Source of the DNA: Camelus ferus
Taxonomy: Eukaryota
NCBI RefSeq assembly: GCF_009834535.1
Contig: NC_045696.1
Coordinates: 76,820,001-76,884,000 of the forward strand
DNA: 64,000 bases
Direction: 5' to 3'
Shown here: positions 52,109 to 64,000 of the stretch, piece after piece
Layout: every line of letters starts with the position of its first letter
Position numbering within the stretch: position 1 is the first letter of the stretch
The notes under the pieces: model-generated
Databases searched by the model: none
Told to the model about the DNA's origin: nothing
Seen by the model: only the letters and a program-made list of their open reading frames with translations
Position numbers and translations under genes: made by a program

Positions 52109-52262
52109 AGTAGTTCTCAACTGAGGGTAAAGGGTTAAGAAGAACGGAGTCTTGGCATTTGATTCCTCTGTTGGGAGGATTTCAAATGATCTCCCCATGA
52201 AGATTCTAATAATCAGGTCACTTCCTCCTTCCTGTCCCTCAGACCAGGAGTGAGAACCACTC
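52109..52262. mobile_element. hAT-Charlie MITE (MER5/MER112-type)
   Basis: Terminal inverted repeats 'tagtagttctcaac' ... 'gtgagaaccactc'. Confidence 0.65.
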
Positions 52263-53031
52263 ATCTAGATACTTGTCCCCAACAAAGCGAATGACAGAAT
52301 GCGGACCACAATCTATGAGTTGATGAGTAAATACTTGTTTTTAAACATGCAAATAATTAAGGCAAAGATGTCATGTTGAATATATTATCCGACATTTGTC
52401 TTATTTTCTTCACTCAATTTTGTCATTATATTTTTAAAAAGTGCTTTTCCTTGACCTTCTATAGATTTATTTTTATACAGAAGGAACAAAGCTTATTAAG
52501 GCTCCAGCCCCAGAGGGTCACACAGTTATGCCAGAGAAATGAAAGAGTGAGACAGGGTTTGTGCAAATCAGTCCTTGGTTATTTTAGCAATGTTTTTCAT
52601 AGAGTTTTGGTGTGAGAATTTTTTTGTTTTCCTTTTTAACCATGGGAATTGGTTCTGCCTTATAAAATGCTCACTAAACTTTGTTTAAAAATGTTTCTTT
52701 CTGCCGATTGAGGAAGTTTTATTTTTCCTACTTGATATAAAAAGTACCATCCTCATAAATAAGTCTAGAAAAGCTTTATGTGGGAGCTAAGATTTTAGTT
52801 TTAACAAGTGGATAACTGGAGAGGGAGGGCTGGGAGCAACCCCTCTGTTGGAGAGGGTGATGGAGACAGTCTCCAACTCTAGCCACATTGCTCTCTAAGT
52901 GATGCTATGCATGGCAACTCCTCAAACACCCTTTCGTCTCTCACCAGAATTTTTTGATGATGATTTACCAACTTAATATAATCTTTGTTTTCATTTCATG
53001 GTTCCATTACTGTCATCGCTTTTTCCTCTAG

Positions 53032-53065
53032 GTCTTCTTTGCCGTCAAAAGATTTCATAGTTTTG
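53032..53065 (+). other. Candidate 34-nt exon of an unidentified host gene
   Basis: Acceptor 'catcgctttttcctctag|G' and donor 'TTG|gtatgt'. Two frames are open (VFFAVKRFHSF; SSLPSKDFIVL). The surrounding sequence is unique. Confidence 0.3.
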
Positions 53066-53799
53066 GTATGTTTTGCTTTTGATGTTAAGTCTTCCCAAGA
53101 TTCATGTTCAAATCTGTATTTCACAATACATTAAAAAAATATATATCCACTTAAAAAAACAGTTTTCTCACCAAGATACTTAAATATTTTATGTTTAATT
53201 TAATATTTTCCTCTGTCTTAAGTCATACTGGTATTGGACAGACAGCTCAAATTATACTGTGGGAGAACTCTGCCCAAGATATAATGAATTGTTGAGGAAA
53301 AGGGTTGGTCCTCTTCTATGTACTACATGAAAGTGTTGAGCAGAGGCGGTAGCAATCAAGGATTCTTTTGAAAGAGGGCTCTGCTGCTGTGGTACAATCA
53401 GTCCTGTTCTTATGTTACCTACACTACTAGTCACGATCTACCCCTTAAATCCACAGATGAACCAGAAAGGATTCTTTTAAGGCTCCATATAATAATCACT
53501 TAACAGGAGTATAGTACTTAAATATGAAAAATTGTACTCATATCAGGTTTCTTTGTTAAAAATTAGAACCCATTTTGAAATTGTGACATGTAACCCAGCC
53601 GGACAGAAATAAGCTTTGTTTTTAAAAAAGAACTCTGTGTGAGGTAGGAATATACTTCATAATTTTTTCACCCCCTCTGTATAGCCACCTCTGGGCACCA
53701 GTAATTATTCTGTTGGGTTCATCCATTCTAGATATTCCTGTAGAATATTATATAGAAGGGGGTCCTCGGAGTCTGTACTTTATCATAAAATGGTATCAG

Positions 53800-54602
53800 A
53801 ATATTCTTTGACTCCTCTTTCTCACCTACCAAGTCCAGTCCATCAGCAAGTACTGCTGGTCCTCCTTGAAATGATGTCCTCAGTCTTTCCATCACCTCCC
53901 CCACTCACTGTGCTTCAGTGATCTCACCTAGAGTATTGCAGTAGCCTCTGTGCTGATCAGCCTGCTTCTCCCCTTGACTATTTTCCAAAGTAACCAGAAT
54001 AATTGGGTTTAAAATGAAGGTAAGATTATGTCACTTCTCTGCTCAGAGTTTACCAATGGCTTTTGTTTGCATAATGAATAAAATTCAAAAGTCTTTTCCT
54101 ACCATGACCCCAAAGGCCCTGTCATCTCACACCTAGATGCCTCCCTGATCCCATGTCTTACAACTTCCCCCTTGCTCACTCTACTCCAGCCCCCCCCCAG
54201 CCCCCTGGCTGCTCTCTGAACACACAACTGCTTGTCTACCCTCTGGGCCTTTGCAGTTGCTATTCTGTCTAGAATGCTCTCTTCCTAGACAACTGGGTTG
54301 CTTTTTCTCTTGACTCCTTTAGGTTTCTGCTTCAGTGTCACTTCGTCACAGAGGTCATCCCCGACCACTCTGTCTCAGGCAGCACCCTCTGCCCCTCTCT
54401 GCCTCCTTACTCTGCATATAAGTTTGCACTCACTGCCTTCTGGACATACTCTGCTTATTGCCTGTTTCTCGACCCCACATTAGAATATAAGCTCCGGGGG
54501 AGCAGGAAGTACACCTGTTTTGTTCATTGGTCGGACCCAAGACCCACAGTGGTGTCAAGCCTATAGTTAAGTGCATCATAAATATAAGATGAATGAATGA
54601 AC
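53800..54602 (+). mobile_element. L2a LINE 3' portion
   Basis: Classic L2a text 'tttgactcctctttctc...ccagtccatcagcaagt...tctcacctagagtattgcagtagcctc...gattatgtcacttctctgctcaga...gggcctttgcagttgct...tagaatataagctcc...gaatgaatga'. Confidence 0.88.
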
Positions 54603-55119
54603 AACAGAAGGGCTAACTCGGAATGACCTCAGGCTCTGTAATAACTGAAGGCTAGAGTTTACTATTAACTGCGGTCCATCAGCACTGCACAGTGTGTTCT
54701 CAGATCACTCTGGTTCTTTGTCACTAGGCTGATAGCTTTTAATCAATGGTTTTGTCAGGGTGGAGGGGGCTGCTGCTTCAGGGCTGTATTACCAGATCCT
54801 AGCCCTCTCCTGTTTTTGTACGAAGCAGGCTTTACTTTGACTCTAGGATCATTGACCTCATGTTGGACCTTGTTTTCTCTCCAATACAGGCTTCTTTTAT
54901 TTTGTCACTGTTAGAATAAATAATCTCCTCTGGTGGTGTTATCATCTCTATTTGGAAAATAACATTTTTCTTTCTTTTTTCTGAATGTTGTGCTGATAAG
55001 TTTTTCTCATTTTAGGAATAGTATTTGTTGTGAAGTTTTCCAGAGGCATTATAAAAATATATGCTATTTTAGAAAAATTGGAGAAGCTAAAATATATTTT
55101 AAAAATTAACTATTATCCT

Positions 55120-55500
55120 TGTGATTTAGTATCAATCTAGGACTTTTAGCCAGGTCTGGGCATAAGGTCAGATTCCACTTGCCTACCCTCTTTGAAGTTA
55201 GTTTTGGCCGTGTGGTTGGTTTTTCCAATGAATCATGAGTGGCAGGTAGGGATCTGTGTCATTTCCAGGTAGAAGTTTCCAGAGCTGTGCGTGATTCACT
55301 GTAGTCTCTTTGTGGTCTCGGTGGTCAGGGGACGGTGTGTGGGGTGAAGCTGCCATCAGTCTGGGTCCCTGACTGACTCCATGAGCAGAGCATCCCTGCC
55401 CATGTAAATAAATAGGTGAGATAAGCTTTTCTTGGGTAAAGCCACAAGATCATGGGGTTGTTTGTCACCACAGTATAATGCAGTCAGTGCTGATTGATAT
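55120..55500 (+). mobile_element. MaLR LTR (MLT1J-like)
   Basis: 'ttgaagttag...ggccgtgtg...ccaatgaa...tgtgtcatttccagg...catcagtctgggtccctga...aagccac...ggggttgtttgtcaccacagtataa'. Confidence 0.75.
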
Positions 55501-55504
55501 CATG

Positions 55505-55790
55505 GGTTATAAAAGAAAGATGTCATTAAAAAATTGGAAAACCCAGAATTATGTAAAAATAAAAAATGTCAACTATTATTCTAGTATCTTAGTATATATC
55601 CCCTGGAATTTTATAAATTTATATATGTGCTTGTTTGTGTAACTTTAAAAAATAGGGCTCATGCTCGAAATACTTTTTTGTGATCTGTTTTTTTTTCACT
55701 CACTAGTAGTAAAACGTTTCCGTGTCATTTAATTTTCTTCTATAGCTGGACTTTTTAATGACTCCACAGAAGTATATCGTTTGTTCTTCC
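55505..55790 (-). mobile_element. Ancient L1ME-type fragment
   Basis: 'aaaaattggaaaa...aaaatagggctcatgct...tttttgtgatctgtttttttttcact...tttttaatgactccacag'. Confidence 0.5.
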
Positions 55791-56995
55791 TTGTGAATCT
55801 GTACGCTTTGTTTGCTGTGCTTATGGGCGATTTCTGTGGCCATTTGGTGCATAAAGGCTTTTATGTTTTGAGATCTTATTAAAAGGGAATCTTACATTTG
55901 TGTGGCCCAGTGACACTTCTTAACCAACCCTATTAAATATTCTGCAGATGACAGTAGCCCAAAGATCACTATTTAATCATTTACTGCTTAATATTAAATA
56001 GGTTACATCGTGCAATTTAAAATACTCTGTAGTAAATCATTTCTGAAGGCAAGGAATGCTTTGGTAATATTAATAAGCAGTCCTAACTCTTTATAAGTAA
56101 GTTTTAAAAAATATATTAGGTTTTCTTATAGTGGGCCAGAATTGTTATAACTGATATTCATACATTACTTAAAGTTTCTGTAGCTCTGTACTATTTTTAA
56201 TAATAAAAATAATGCTTTGCCATTTAAAGCTGAAAGCAATAAATGGAAAATGCCCAGTTGAACATAAGAGTTACTTCTACTTTAGTCCTAGGGAATTTAT
56301 TCCTAGAGCTTCAACAGAGTGAAGTAATTTTAGCCATGCAAAATTTATTTACTGTATTTTTACAAAGTTATTTTTTAAAGAAAATCTATAGTTACTATCA
56401 AAAAAGGATGATTGTTGACATTTAAGATGTTCACCTAAATTCTGTTTAAAATATTAAGAAGGCAGTAGTTCTGCTCTCTATTTTATAATACCATTATCTT
56501 TTAAATGATGAAATCATTTTGCAATACTGCAGTATATCCTTTTTAAGTTCCAAAGATTTTGTTTACAGCATACAATGCTGGGTAAGACTCCCAACTAATT
56601 GTTTATAGTTCAGATACATGCTAGTTATTTAATTGCCTTTGACATGTGGGATTTTTTTCAAATTGAAAGGTAGAATTCAAAATTAAGAGCCTAATTCCTT
56701 CAAATTCTTTTATTTACTCACTGAGTGTGACTGGGTGCAGGGCATCTGATGTGCAGTGCATAACATTCCTTATTTCTGAAATGGACTTCCAGCCTCTGCT
56801 TATCTCACAGAAGACCTTCGGCGTATATAGGTTTTGCCTAAGTTGTTTCTTTATTTTCTTTTTTGTGGTTCCAAGTACAGCATGTCCTGGTCACCAGCCT
56901 TCAAAGTGTTAAACTGGATTTTGAAAGAATGACTCTGTGACTCCCTCCCTCTCCACCACCTTTTTTGTTACATGATAGCCTTTTGTAGAAGAAGT

Positions 56996-56998
<3 letters not shown>

Positions 56999-57044
<46 letters not shown>
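56999..57044. repeat. (GT)23 microsatellite
   Basis: Uninterrupted GT run. Confidence 0.98.
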
Positions 57045-57048
<4 letters not shown>

Positions 57049-58030
57049 GGAGAAGGTGGAAGAGAATTTTTAGATGAAGGTGGAGACTGTATGTTAGGAG
57101 ATAGTCACAACTGAGGCATACGGTCATCTGACCAAATCCTCCTACAAATATGGTCAGTATATTTGATTTGCCTCAAAAAACAAAAGGGAAAGAAAAGTTT
57201 TGAAATTCTAATCTGTGACCTTTCTGTGTTTACCGTATACAGTATTTGATGTAACAACATTCTAATACAGGATAAGGACATTCAAATTGTACTGTTCATC
57301 TTGTTCTTATGCCTGGGATGTCACTCTGTCAGTCTTATGTAAGTAATAAGAAAAGTGCTGTGAACATGGTGAATTCCCTGGTGATTATCAGTAGAACACT
57401 GTGATTAGCTGTCCTCTCCTGTCTCCAACTTAAGATACATTTACTCCTCTAAGATGTGAACATTGATGAATTAGACATTGTTGCTAACAGAAGAAATCTT
57501 CCATCACTGAAGGGCAGGTATGAATTCTCAAGTGGACTGGTAGGCTTGTATATCTGTGACAGTGCCTCTTCCTTCTCAGAGGTGTGGAAAAATCCCAGAA
57601 TCTTTTAAAGAAACCTAGGAGTGACAATGATATCTAAAGCAGGGTAGTTTTTTTTTTTTTTTCTTAATTACTTCTTAACCAGGTCATTCTGATTCTAAAC
57701 CTCTGTTCTGGACTGACTTGAATGAACTCTATGCTCCCTATCTCTGCTGAATCTTAACTCTACCAAGGAGAGTCTCGTGTACCTTCAATTCTAGTTGGAA
57801 TCATGGTTTCCCAGTGGGGAGCATGTCACCTTCAGTGGTTTTGATTAGTCAGTAGCACTAGTGGTGTTGGGAGAGTTTATGGTCTACTGTCTTCTTTTTT
57901 TTTCCCCTGGAGATTACAGTGAGTGTGCTGAGAGTTGTTCATAAATCCATGCCCTGTCTGATCAAGGCTTCAGCCTGGCTGTAAAACTCTGGATCTACCC
58001 AGGGCATTGCTCTGCATGTGAATGTGCATT

Positions 58031-58406
58031 TGTGTCAGTTCAGGACCTTAAGGAGTAAACACCAAGACGGGATTAGATTTGTAGGAGGTGTATTGGGTAA
58101 AACACCTGTGAAGGTGAAGGTGAAGGTGAAGGTGGAGGATCAGAAGGCAAGAATTCTCAGACCACAATGCAGATCTGCCGTTTGTGAAAAGAGAGAAACA
58201 AGGTGCCTGTTACAGGAATCCTGTGTTGACAGAGGTGGCCTGGTTCACGTATGTCTGTGCTCATTCACTGGCTGAGAGCAGCTGGGAGAGTTACGGTGTG
58301 AATTTGCAGTGGGTCCAAAGATGAGGCAGATGGAGGTTGTAAATCACCTACATCCCCTGCAGCAGGTTCTCCTGAAGGGAGAGCAAGTGCCTCCATGGCC
58401 CCCCAG
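58031..58406 (-). mobile_element. ERVL LTR (LTR16-like) containing a (GTGAAG)4 expansion
   Basis: 'tgtcagttcagg...caccaagacgggattaga...tattgggtaaaacacctgtgaagg...ctcagaccacaatgcagatctg...gctcattcactggctgagagcagc'. Confidence 0.7.
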
Positions 58407-58479
58407 AGCATTGCAACAGAAATACTTTGGGGAACCCAAGGTAGACCCCTGAGTTAAGGAAGCAGTTCCGTGTGGGGCC

Positions 58480-58640
58480 ACTGTTCTGGGTTAAAATCTG
58501 ACACCATCATTCTTTGGTTTTGAACAAGTAACTGTACCGCTTGGCCAGCATGGTTTTTCACATCTGGAAAACGATGATAATGATGGTCACAAAGCAGGGC
58601 TGTGTTGATGAAATGAGTTTGCGATGTGTAAATCCTAATA
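58480..58640 (+). mobile_element. MIR SINE
   Basis: 'tctgggttaaaatctgacacca...ttgaacaagtaact...tttttcacatctggaaaacgatgataatg...cagggctgtgttg'. Confidence 0.6.
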
Positions 58641-59874
58641 GACACCGTTTGCCTCTCTGCCGTTCTTCTCTTATCCCTCTCCTATTCTTTCAGCCCTCTA
58701 CAGTTTGTTCTTGTCTGTCTTGTCTGTCTGCCTCCCTCCCTCCTTTCTTTCCTTCCCTCCATCCTTTCTTTTCATGGTGAAAGATTGATTTAGGACAGTT
58801 AGTTTAGCAAAGGTGAAAACTCACCATAGTCACAAAATATATTTTGTAGTCTTCTTGCAAACGTGTGATCAGGAACTACCTGATCAAGTTGTCAGCATTT
58901 TCTTTACCACTAAACACCATCAAAAACTTGTTTCATATTTCTGATACTTTGTTAACTATATAATGTAATTGTACATCTATCATAGATGTGCTTATTTTTT
59001 TAAAAAAAGGACTTTAAAAACTTACTTTCCCATATCAATACTTTAAAAAATTGTAAACTTAAAGAAAATATCTGGTGACTTGCTAGATATTGGTCCTATG
59101 CATGTGTGAAGCTTCAGCAAATACATTTTTGAGGGTGATGATAGATGACATTTTATTCCTTATTTCAACGATTCCATTGATATAGAACATTTTGGGTTAT
59201 TATTTTAAATGGGTGCCATTAACTGAATGTAAAATTCTGTTTCCAAGTATTTTCTCATAGAATAGGTGTTTAAATGTGACTCATTTAAACATCATTATTT
59301 CCTTTATCTTTCTTTTTTTGGCATCAGATTCAACCTTCTCATTCTGAATTTTAGGACCACCTACAGACCCACCCCCACTGTCATTAAAAAAAATCTTTTC
59401 TACCAACTTCATTGGTACTCATCAAACAGATCATTTTAGCAATTGGTGCCTGTTTACACTGGATTATATATTCCATTAGTTCCAAAATCCTGACACTCAT
59501 CTGCAAATGTGAGATACCGTCTTCCACCCAGTTTTTGGAACCTATTTAATGTCCATGTTATACAAAGTGCTTATCTAACTTTTCAGGTCTGGTGTGGGTG
59601 AAAAAACTGTTTCCTTTCATCTCTTCTGAGAATTATTTTTCACTAGCTGTCCCATTTACTGACAAGAAAAAAACATAAAAGAAAACATAAAATTTCTAAT
59701 AACATGCATCTAGACCATAAAAGCTGGATATTAAAAGAGAATAAGTAAACTACTCTGGAATAAACACTAAAGAAGAAGGAAGCATTTAGAATTTCTGTTT
59801 CATATTTCTAGAGAGAAATTTAAAGCATTTTTTTCTACCTAATTATTTAATATGACCCTTACCACTCTTTATAG

Positions 59875-59937
59875 TTTGTATATATGTATGTATGTTTGTA
59901 CATATGTATACATTTATATATATATATATATATATAT
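59875..59937. repeat. Imperfect (TA)n/(TATG)n microsatellite
   Basis: Visible TA-rich dinucleotide tract. Confidence 0.9.
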
Positions 59938-60542
59938 TCCTCATAGCCGGAATCTGGTGGTTCAGAAAGGAATAAGAGGCACAAGACATGCTTTTTCTTA
60001 CTTTTGATCTTTGTATAGTCCTGGTTAGGTGTACCCTTGCAGCCAAGGGAGATTTTTGGTACCCTTTCTATGAAAGCAGGTGTAGAGCTAGCTTATATTC
60101 AGGACATGGTCACATGATACTATCAAGGGTGCCAGAAGGGCTGGTCTATAAATAAACACAATATAATCATCCTCAACATGTTGTCAGAAAACGCAAGTTC
60201 AAACTCTGGGCCTGCTTACGAGTTAGGGGCTAGGGAACTAGCCCCCTCATCTCTTTAAGCTTTAGTTCCTCACTGATGAAATGGTTACACCTTCCTCTTA
60301 TTGGGAAGGAAAAACTGTCACTTTTCTTATGGATCATTGGTCAATTACTGAAACAACTACTCAGTGAACAAATCAACCATCCAACAGACATGTACAAGGC
60401 GTCTCTTGTGTGTGTCATTTATAAACCAGGGATGATGTGTTTCTTCTTTGCTTATCTTATTGGGACTCAGAGGACTTTGTATATGTGAAATAATGTTAAC
60501 ACTTTAAATCCTAAACAAATATCAAACATCGTTATGATTAAT

Positions 60543-60554
60543 AATGACGTCATT
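60543..60554. promoter_or_regulatory. Full palindromic CRE (CREB/ATF) motif
   Basis: AATGACGTCATT, a 12-bp perfect palindrome with its CpG intact. Confidence 0.3.
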
Positions 60555-61659
60555 TCTCCTTCCTTGTTCATCCTGATTCCACATTTAAACCAAAGTCTAC
60601 CCAACCCTCTGTCAAACAGCTGGCACCCCGATGTGTTAGGGATCATCAGGATACAGGTGCTCGTAGCCTGCATCTCAGCTCCTTGTCCTACTTTGCGTGG
60701 TATTTGCCAGCCTTGGCTCCCACCTCTAGCCTAGCCCTCATGTTTCTGAATGCACGAGGCTGAACTCAGGAACCCGGCTGCTGTGATGGAACCATTCTAA
60801 TGAGTATTGCTCCTCAGCTACCATATGTACTCATCCTTTCCATACATTTGTCTTCCAGGTACTTAGGGCACACGTGGCCCAATCTTTCATGACCTCTTGG
60901 ATTCTACCTTAGTTCCAGTCTCAGTGACAGAGGATCAGAACATTTCCCCTAATATCTTCCTGATTGCAATTCCCTCATTGCTCTGTGCCCCCTTTCAAAT
61001 GCAGTGTTATCTGAAAGGAGTGACTCATGAAACCATCATTGAGTTTCAACACTTGAAGTAGACTTGTGCCAGACTATCTAGCCAGCATCTTGAACAAGAG
61101 AGAGGAAATAGGACATGCAGAAAATGTGTTTAGAGAGGGTAGCAAGGAGTGGTGGCAGGAGAAGGCCTGCCAGAAAATAACCTGGCATGTGGCAGATCTG
61201 AGTAGGGCTCCATGGGGGAACTTCTTGAGGGTGATGCAACATGAGAGAGGAAGGGATACCGGAAAGAAGATGGAAGATAACAGAGCAATGGAAGTTCCAA
61301 AAGGCAGGTGGGGGAGCCTCTGTCAAAGAGCCCCCACAACCCTGTATCCCTGCCTCTGATGTGGTATGCACCTCACTGAGTTAGGAGGAGGTAGCTGAAC
61401 ATGGTTTCCTGTTCTTTAGAGAATGATGAGTTCCTTGAGGCCAGGAACAATGCCTCAATCACCTTCTATCCCGTACTCGGTAGAGTACCTGGCAGTATTT
61501 TAGGTATTGGTATCATGAGTAAACATTAATTTTGCTGATGGCCAATTCTGCCTCAGAACTCTAACCTCTCCCAGCTAAAACTCCTCCAAGACACTGAGTT
61601 TCTTGATTCATGGTGAATTAACTATTTCATCTTTGATATGTGGTTTCTTATTTTAGTTA

Positions 61660-62110
61660 TGCAGGAAATCAGGTTTTTGCCTGATAGTATGGGGGAGAGT
61701 AGTGTGAGCAGGACCATCAGGAGAGACGGGGCCGTGCTGGGGAGAACATTAGGCTTGCGCATGGTTTGTAGGGAATGAGACATTACAGAAGGGTTTTGCG
61801 TAAGGAAGTGACAATACAGGAGTGTCATTTAGAGATATTCGTGTGCTGGCAGTTTGGAGGCTGACATGGAGTCATGTTAGGTGGTAAAAATGGCCTGAAT
61901 TAGGGCAGAAAAAGTGAGAAATATAAAGGAAAGTGAGGGACGTAATGAAATGTAATGTGCTTTATCTATAGAATTAAAAATTATTTTAAAGGAGAAATGA
62001 GAGAATGATGAATATGCAAAGAGTCATTGGGGCACTGGTGATAATAGTACCCATAGAGAAATCAGTAGTAAGGATGTTTAGGGGAGGAAGTTTTCTTGGA
62101 AGCAAAATGG
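61660..62110 (-). mobile_element. L2 LINE fragment
   Basis: 'gtagggaatgagacattacagaagggttttgcgtaaggaagtgaca...tggcctgaattagggcag'. Confidence 0.55.
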
Positions 62111-64000
62111 CCTCAGAAAAAATGGTGGCTGTGAATTGGGCATCCTGGGTTTGAATTCCTGCTTTGACCTTGGTTGAGTCAACTTTCAGGGTCTCAGCTT
62201 CTATAATCATTAGAAAAAGTATGGGTTTTGGACCAGAGGAGCTTTCACATCCCTTCCAGCTTGTCACTGTGGAGTCTAGGTCCATTGTTTCAGTGGCTCT
62301 ATGTTTTGGGTATTGGAAGGAGGCCTGAGAAGAGAGATATGAGATGACCCCTGAGTTGCGTATAATACACTGGCAATTGATGGCTTTTTCCAACCACAGC
62401 AGAAGAGGGTGTGGTTCCTTGGTGTGTGGGCTGCCTACTGTAAGAGTCAATCTCATACTAACTGATCACTCTGTGCCTTGAGACTCTTTCCACATCAGTC
62501 CACTTAAAAACCACACAAAAAACCGATGTGGTTGTTTTGCTTGATTCAGACATTGATCCCCAGTGTGATGTAAGATAATGGGGTTACCTGTCCAACATGG
62601 CAATATTGAGGGAGCACAGAGTCTCTGAAGAAGAGATGGGTGCTGGGAGCCTATCAGGATGCTAGGTACAGTCAGTGTATCCAGACCTCAAAATAAGGAG
62701 TCCCACAGCAGCTGGTGAAAATAAGAATGTGCTTTGAAAAGGAAACATATGGGAGGACAAGGGAGAACATAAATGAGTTTTAGGGCAGTTTCTTTCTGGT
62801 GGCTGTCTGGGAAGTGACAAGGGAGGGCAGAGTAAATTGACTGGAGAGCAGGAGCAGGATTGATTCGGAGGCTGGACAGCAGCGTCTGCCATGTAGAAAG
62901 GATGGTTTGTTTACTGAGAGAGACTAGAAAGAGGCAAAGAGTACTGGCAGGGTTGCAGAGATAGTGCGTCAGGGCTTCAGCCTTGGAGAGTGGGGCACTA
63001 TTTGAAGTGAGGGTCACAGTAGAGGCAATAAATAGAACTCCATCAATTCCAATCTGGTGCTGACATTAACCTAATTTTCTAGAAAAGTCATATCTTCCAA
63101 TTTTGTGAAATTGTGCTGCAAGTGGACGAATGGAGGCTTTCCTTTTACCGTCTCTTGGGAAGTCAGTTTCAGTGTAGTTGCTTTTTATTTTCATCACTGA
63201 GGAAAATATGTGGTGTCCCTAACTTCCTATCAGTGCCCCAGGCTTTCATGTGGGCAACTTTTAAAAATCCGAATCAATAGGAGAATAATCCCTGAGGAGT
63301 ATAGTTAAGGTTTTGAACTGATTGCATCCTAAAATCAAGCAGAGAGTTTCCAGATGCTGAAATGTGCTGCATAAATTCAATAAAAATTGCCATGTACGTT
63401 AGCATCACTGCCTATTGTTATGGGCACGAACAAATTGTGTCTTTCATTGCCCATTTTACTTCAGTTCTTTGACTTGCTGATCCCCATTCCAGACAGAAAG
63501 TCCATTAGCATTTGCAGATGTTAATGTAAATGTAGAAGGAAGATGCTTTAGGACATGAAATGATCGGGCAAGACCCTCCATATCTTGCTGCTTATAAAAT
63601 TTTTTAAAAAGAAAAAATTAATTTCCATTGAATGGCTAGAAAAGTACCAATTATAGTTTAGTTACTCATTATAATTCATTCATTCATTCTCTGCCACAGT
63701 CTGCAAAGAATTTGAGGACGCATATAACAAATGCACATGCAATGAAATAATAAAATCTAGAAGGGAGAAATAGAAAATTAGGAGCAGGAAAAATAGGATA
63801 ATGTAATTATAATCACTACAATAAGGCTTCTGATTTCTCCCTGAGCTTCCTGGGATCCAGGAACAAATGAGGTATATAATCACTGATAGAACTCTTGCTA
63901 TTGTAAAGCTGTAAGCGTTTTAGTTTCTTAAGAAAAAAAATATTTTCCTACCACTGTATTAATTTAAAAAACTCAAGTAGAACTTTATAAATGGTCATTG

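Noticed and set aside
63700..63790. Terminal exon 'CKEFEDAYNKCTCNEIIKSRREK*'
   Set aside because: No recognisable homology, and the text 'aaagaatttgaggacgcatataac' resembles an ancient LINE (L4-like) 3' end.
799..63883. ORF-track entries as protein-coding genes
   Set aside because: All are 158 aa or shorter, many start at non-ATG codons and lie within repeats. The only recognisable peptides are interrupted L1 ORF2 fragments.

Overview
This is AT-rich, CpG-depleted mammalian non-coding DNA, almost certainly from a camelid (camel/llama/alpaca lineage). The main evidence is a tRNA-Ala-derived Vic-1-type SINE with target-site duplication at 31.0-31.2 kb, plus cetartiodactyl-type L1 3' UTRs and ERV1 LTRs. 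I find no protein-coding gene or recognisable coding exon. The only ORF-track entries with real homology are decayed LINE-1 ORF2 fragments; the rest look like chance ORFs. Much of the window is transposon fossil: a 6-kb stack of antisense L1s (18.0-24.0 kb), a sense L1 with an internal deletion, a HAL1/L1-ORF1 relic, and many MIR/L2 copies. There are also solo LTRs with readable TSDs (ERV1, ERVL, MaLR) and hAT MITEs (MER58A, MER53, MER5-type). TE-poor unique blocks contain intact, often CpG-bearing transcription-factor motifs. The best is a STAT(GAS)/NF-kB/E-box cluster at 10.87-10.99 kb; there are also tandem E-boxes at 48.43 kb and a full CRE at 60.54 kb. One well-formed 34-nt candidate exon lies at 53.03 kb. 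The antisense bias of the younger L1s and LTRs suggests an intron of a + strand gene, but I could not name the gene. I found no credible novel multi-gene system. Repeat family names are from memory of consensus sequences and need Dfam/Repbase confirmation; boundaries of old elements are approximate.
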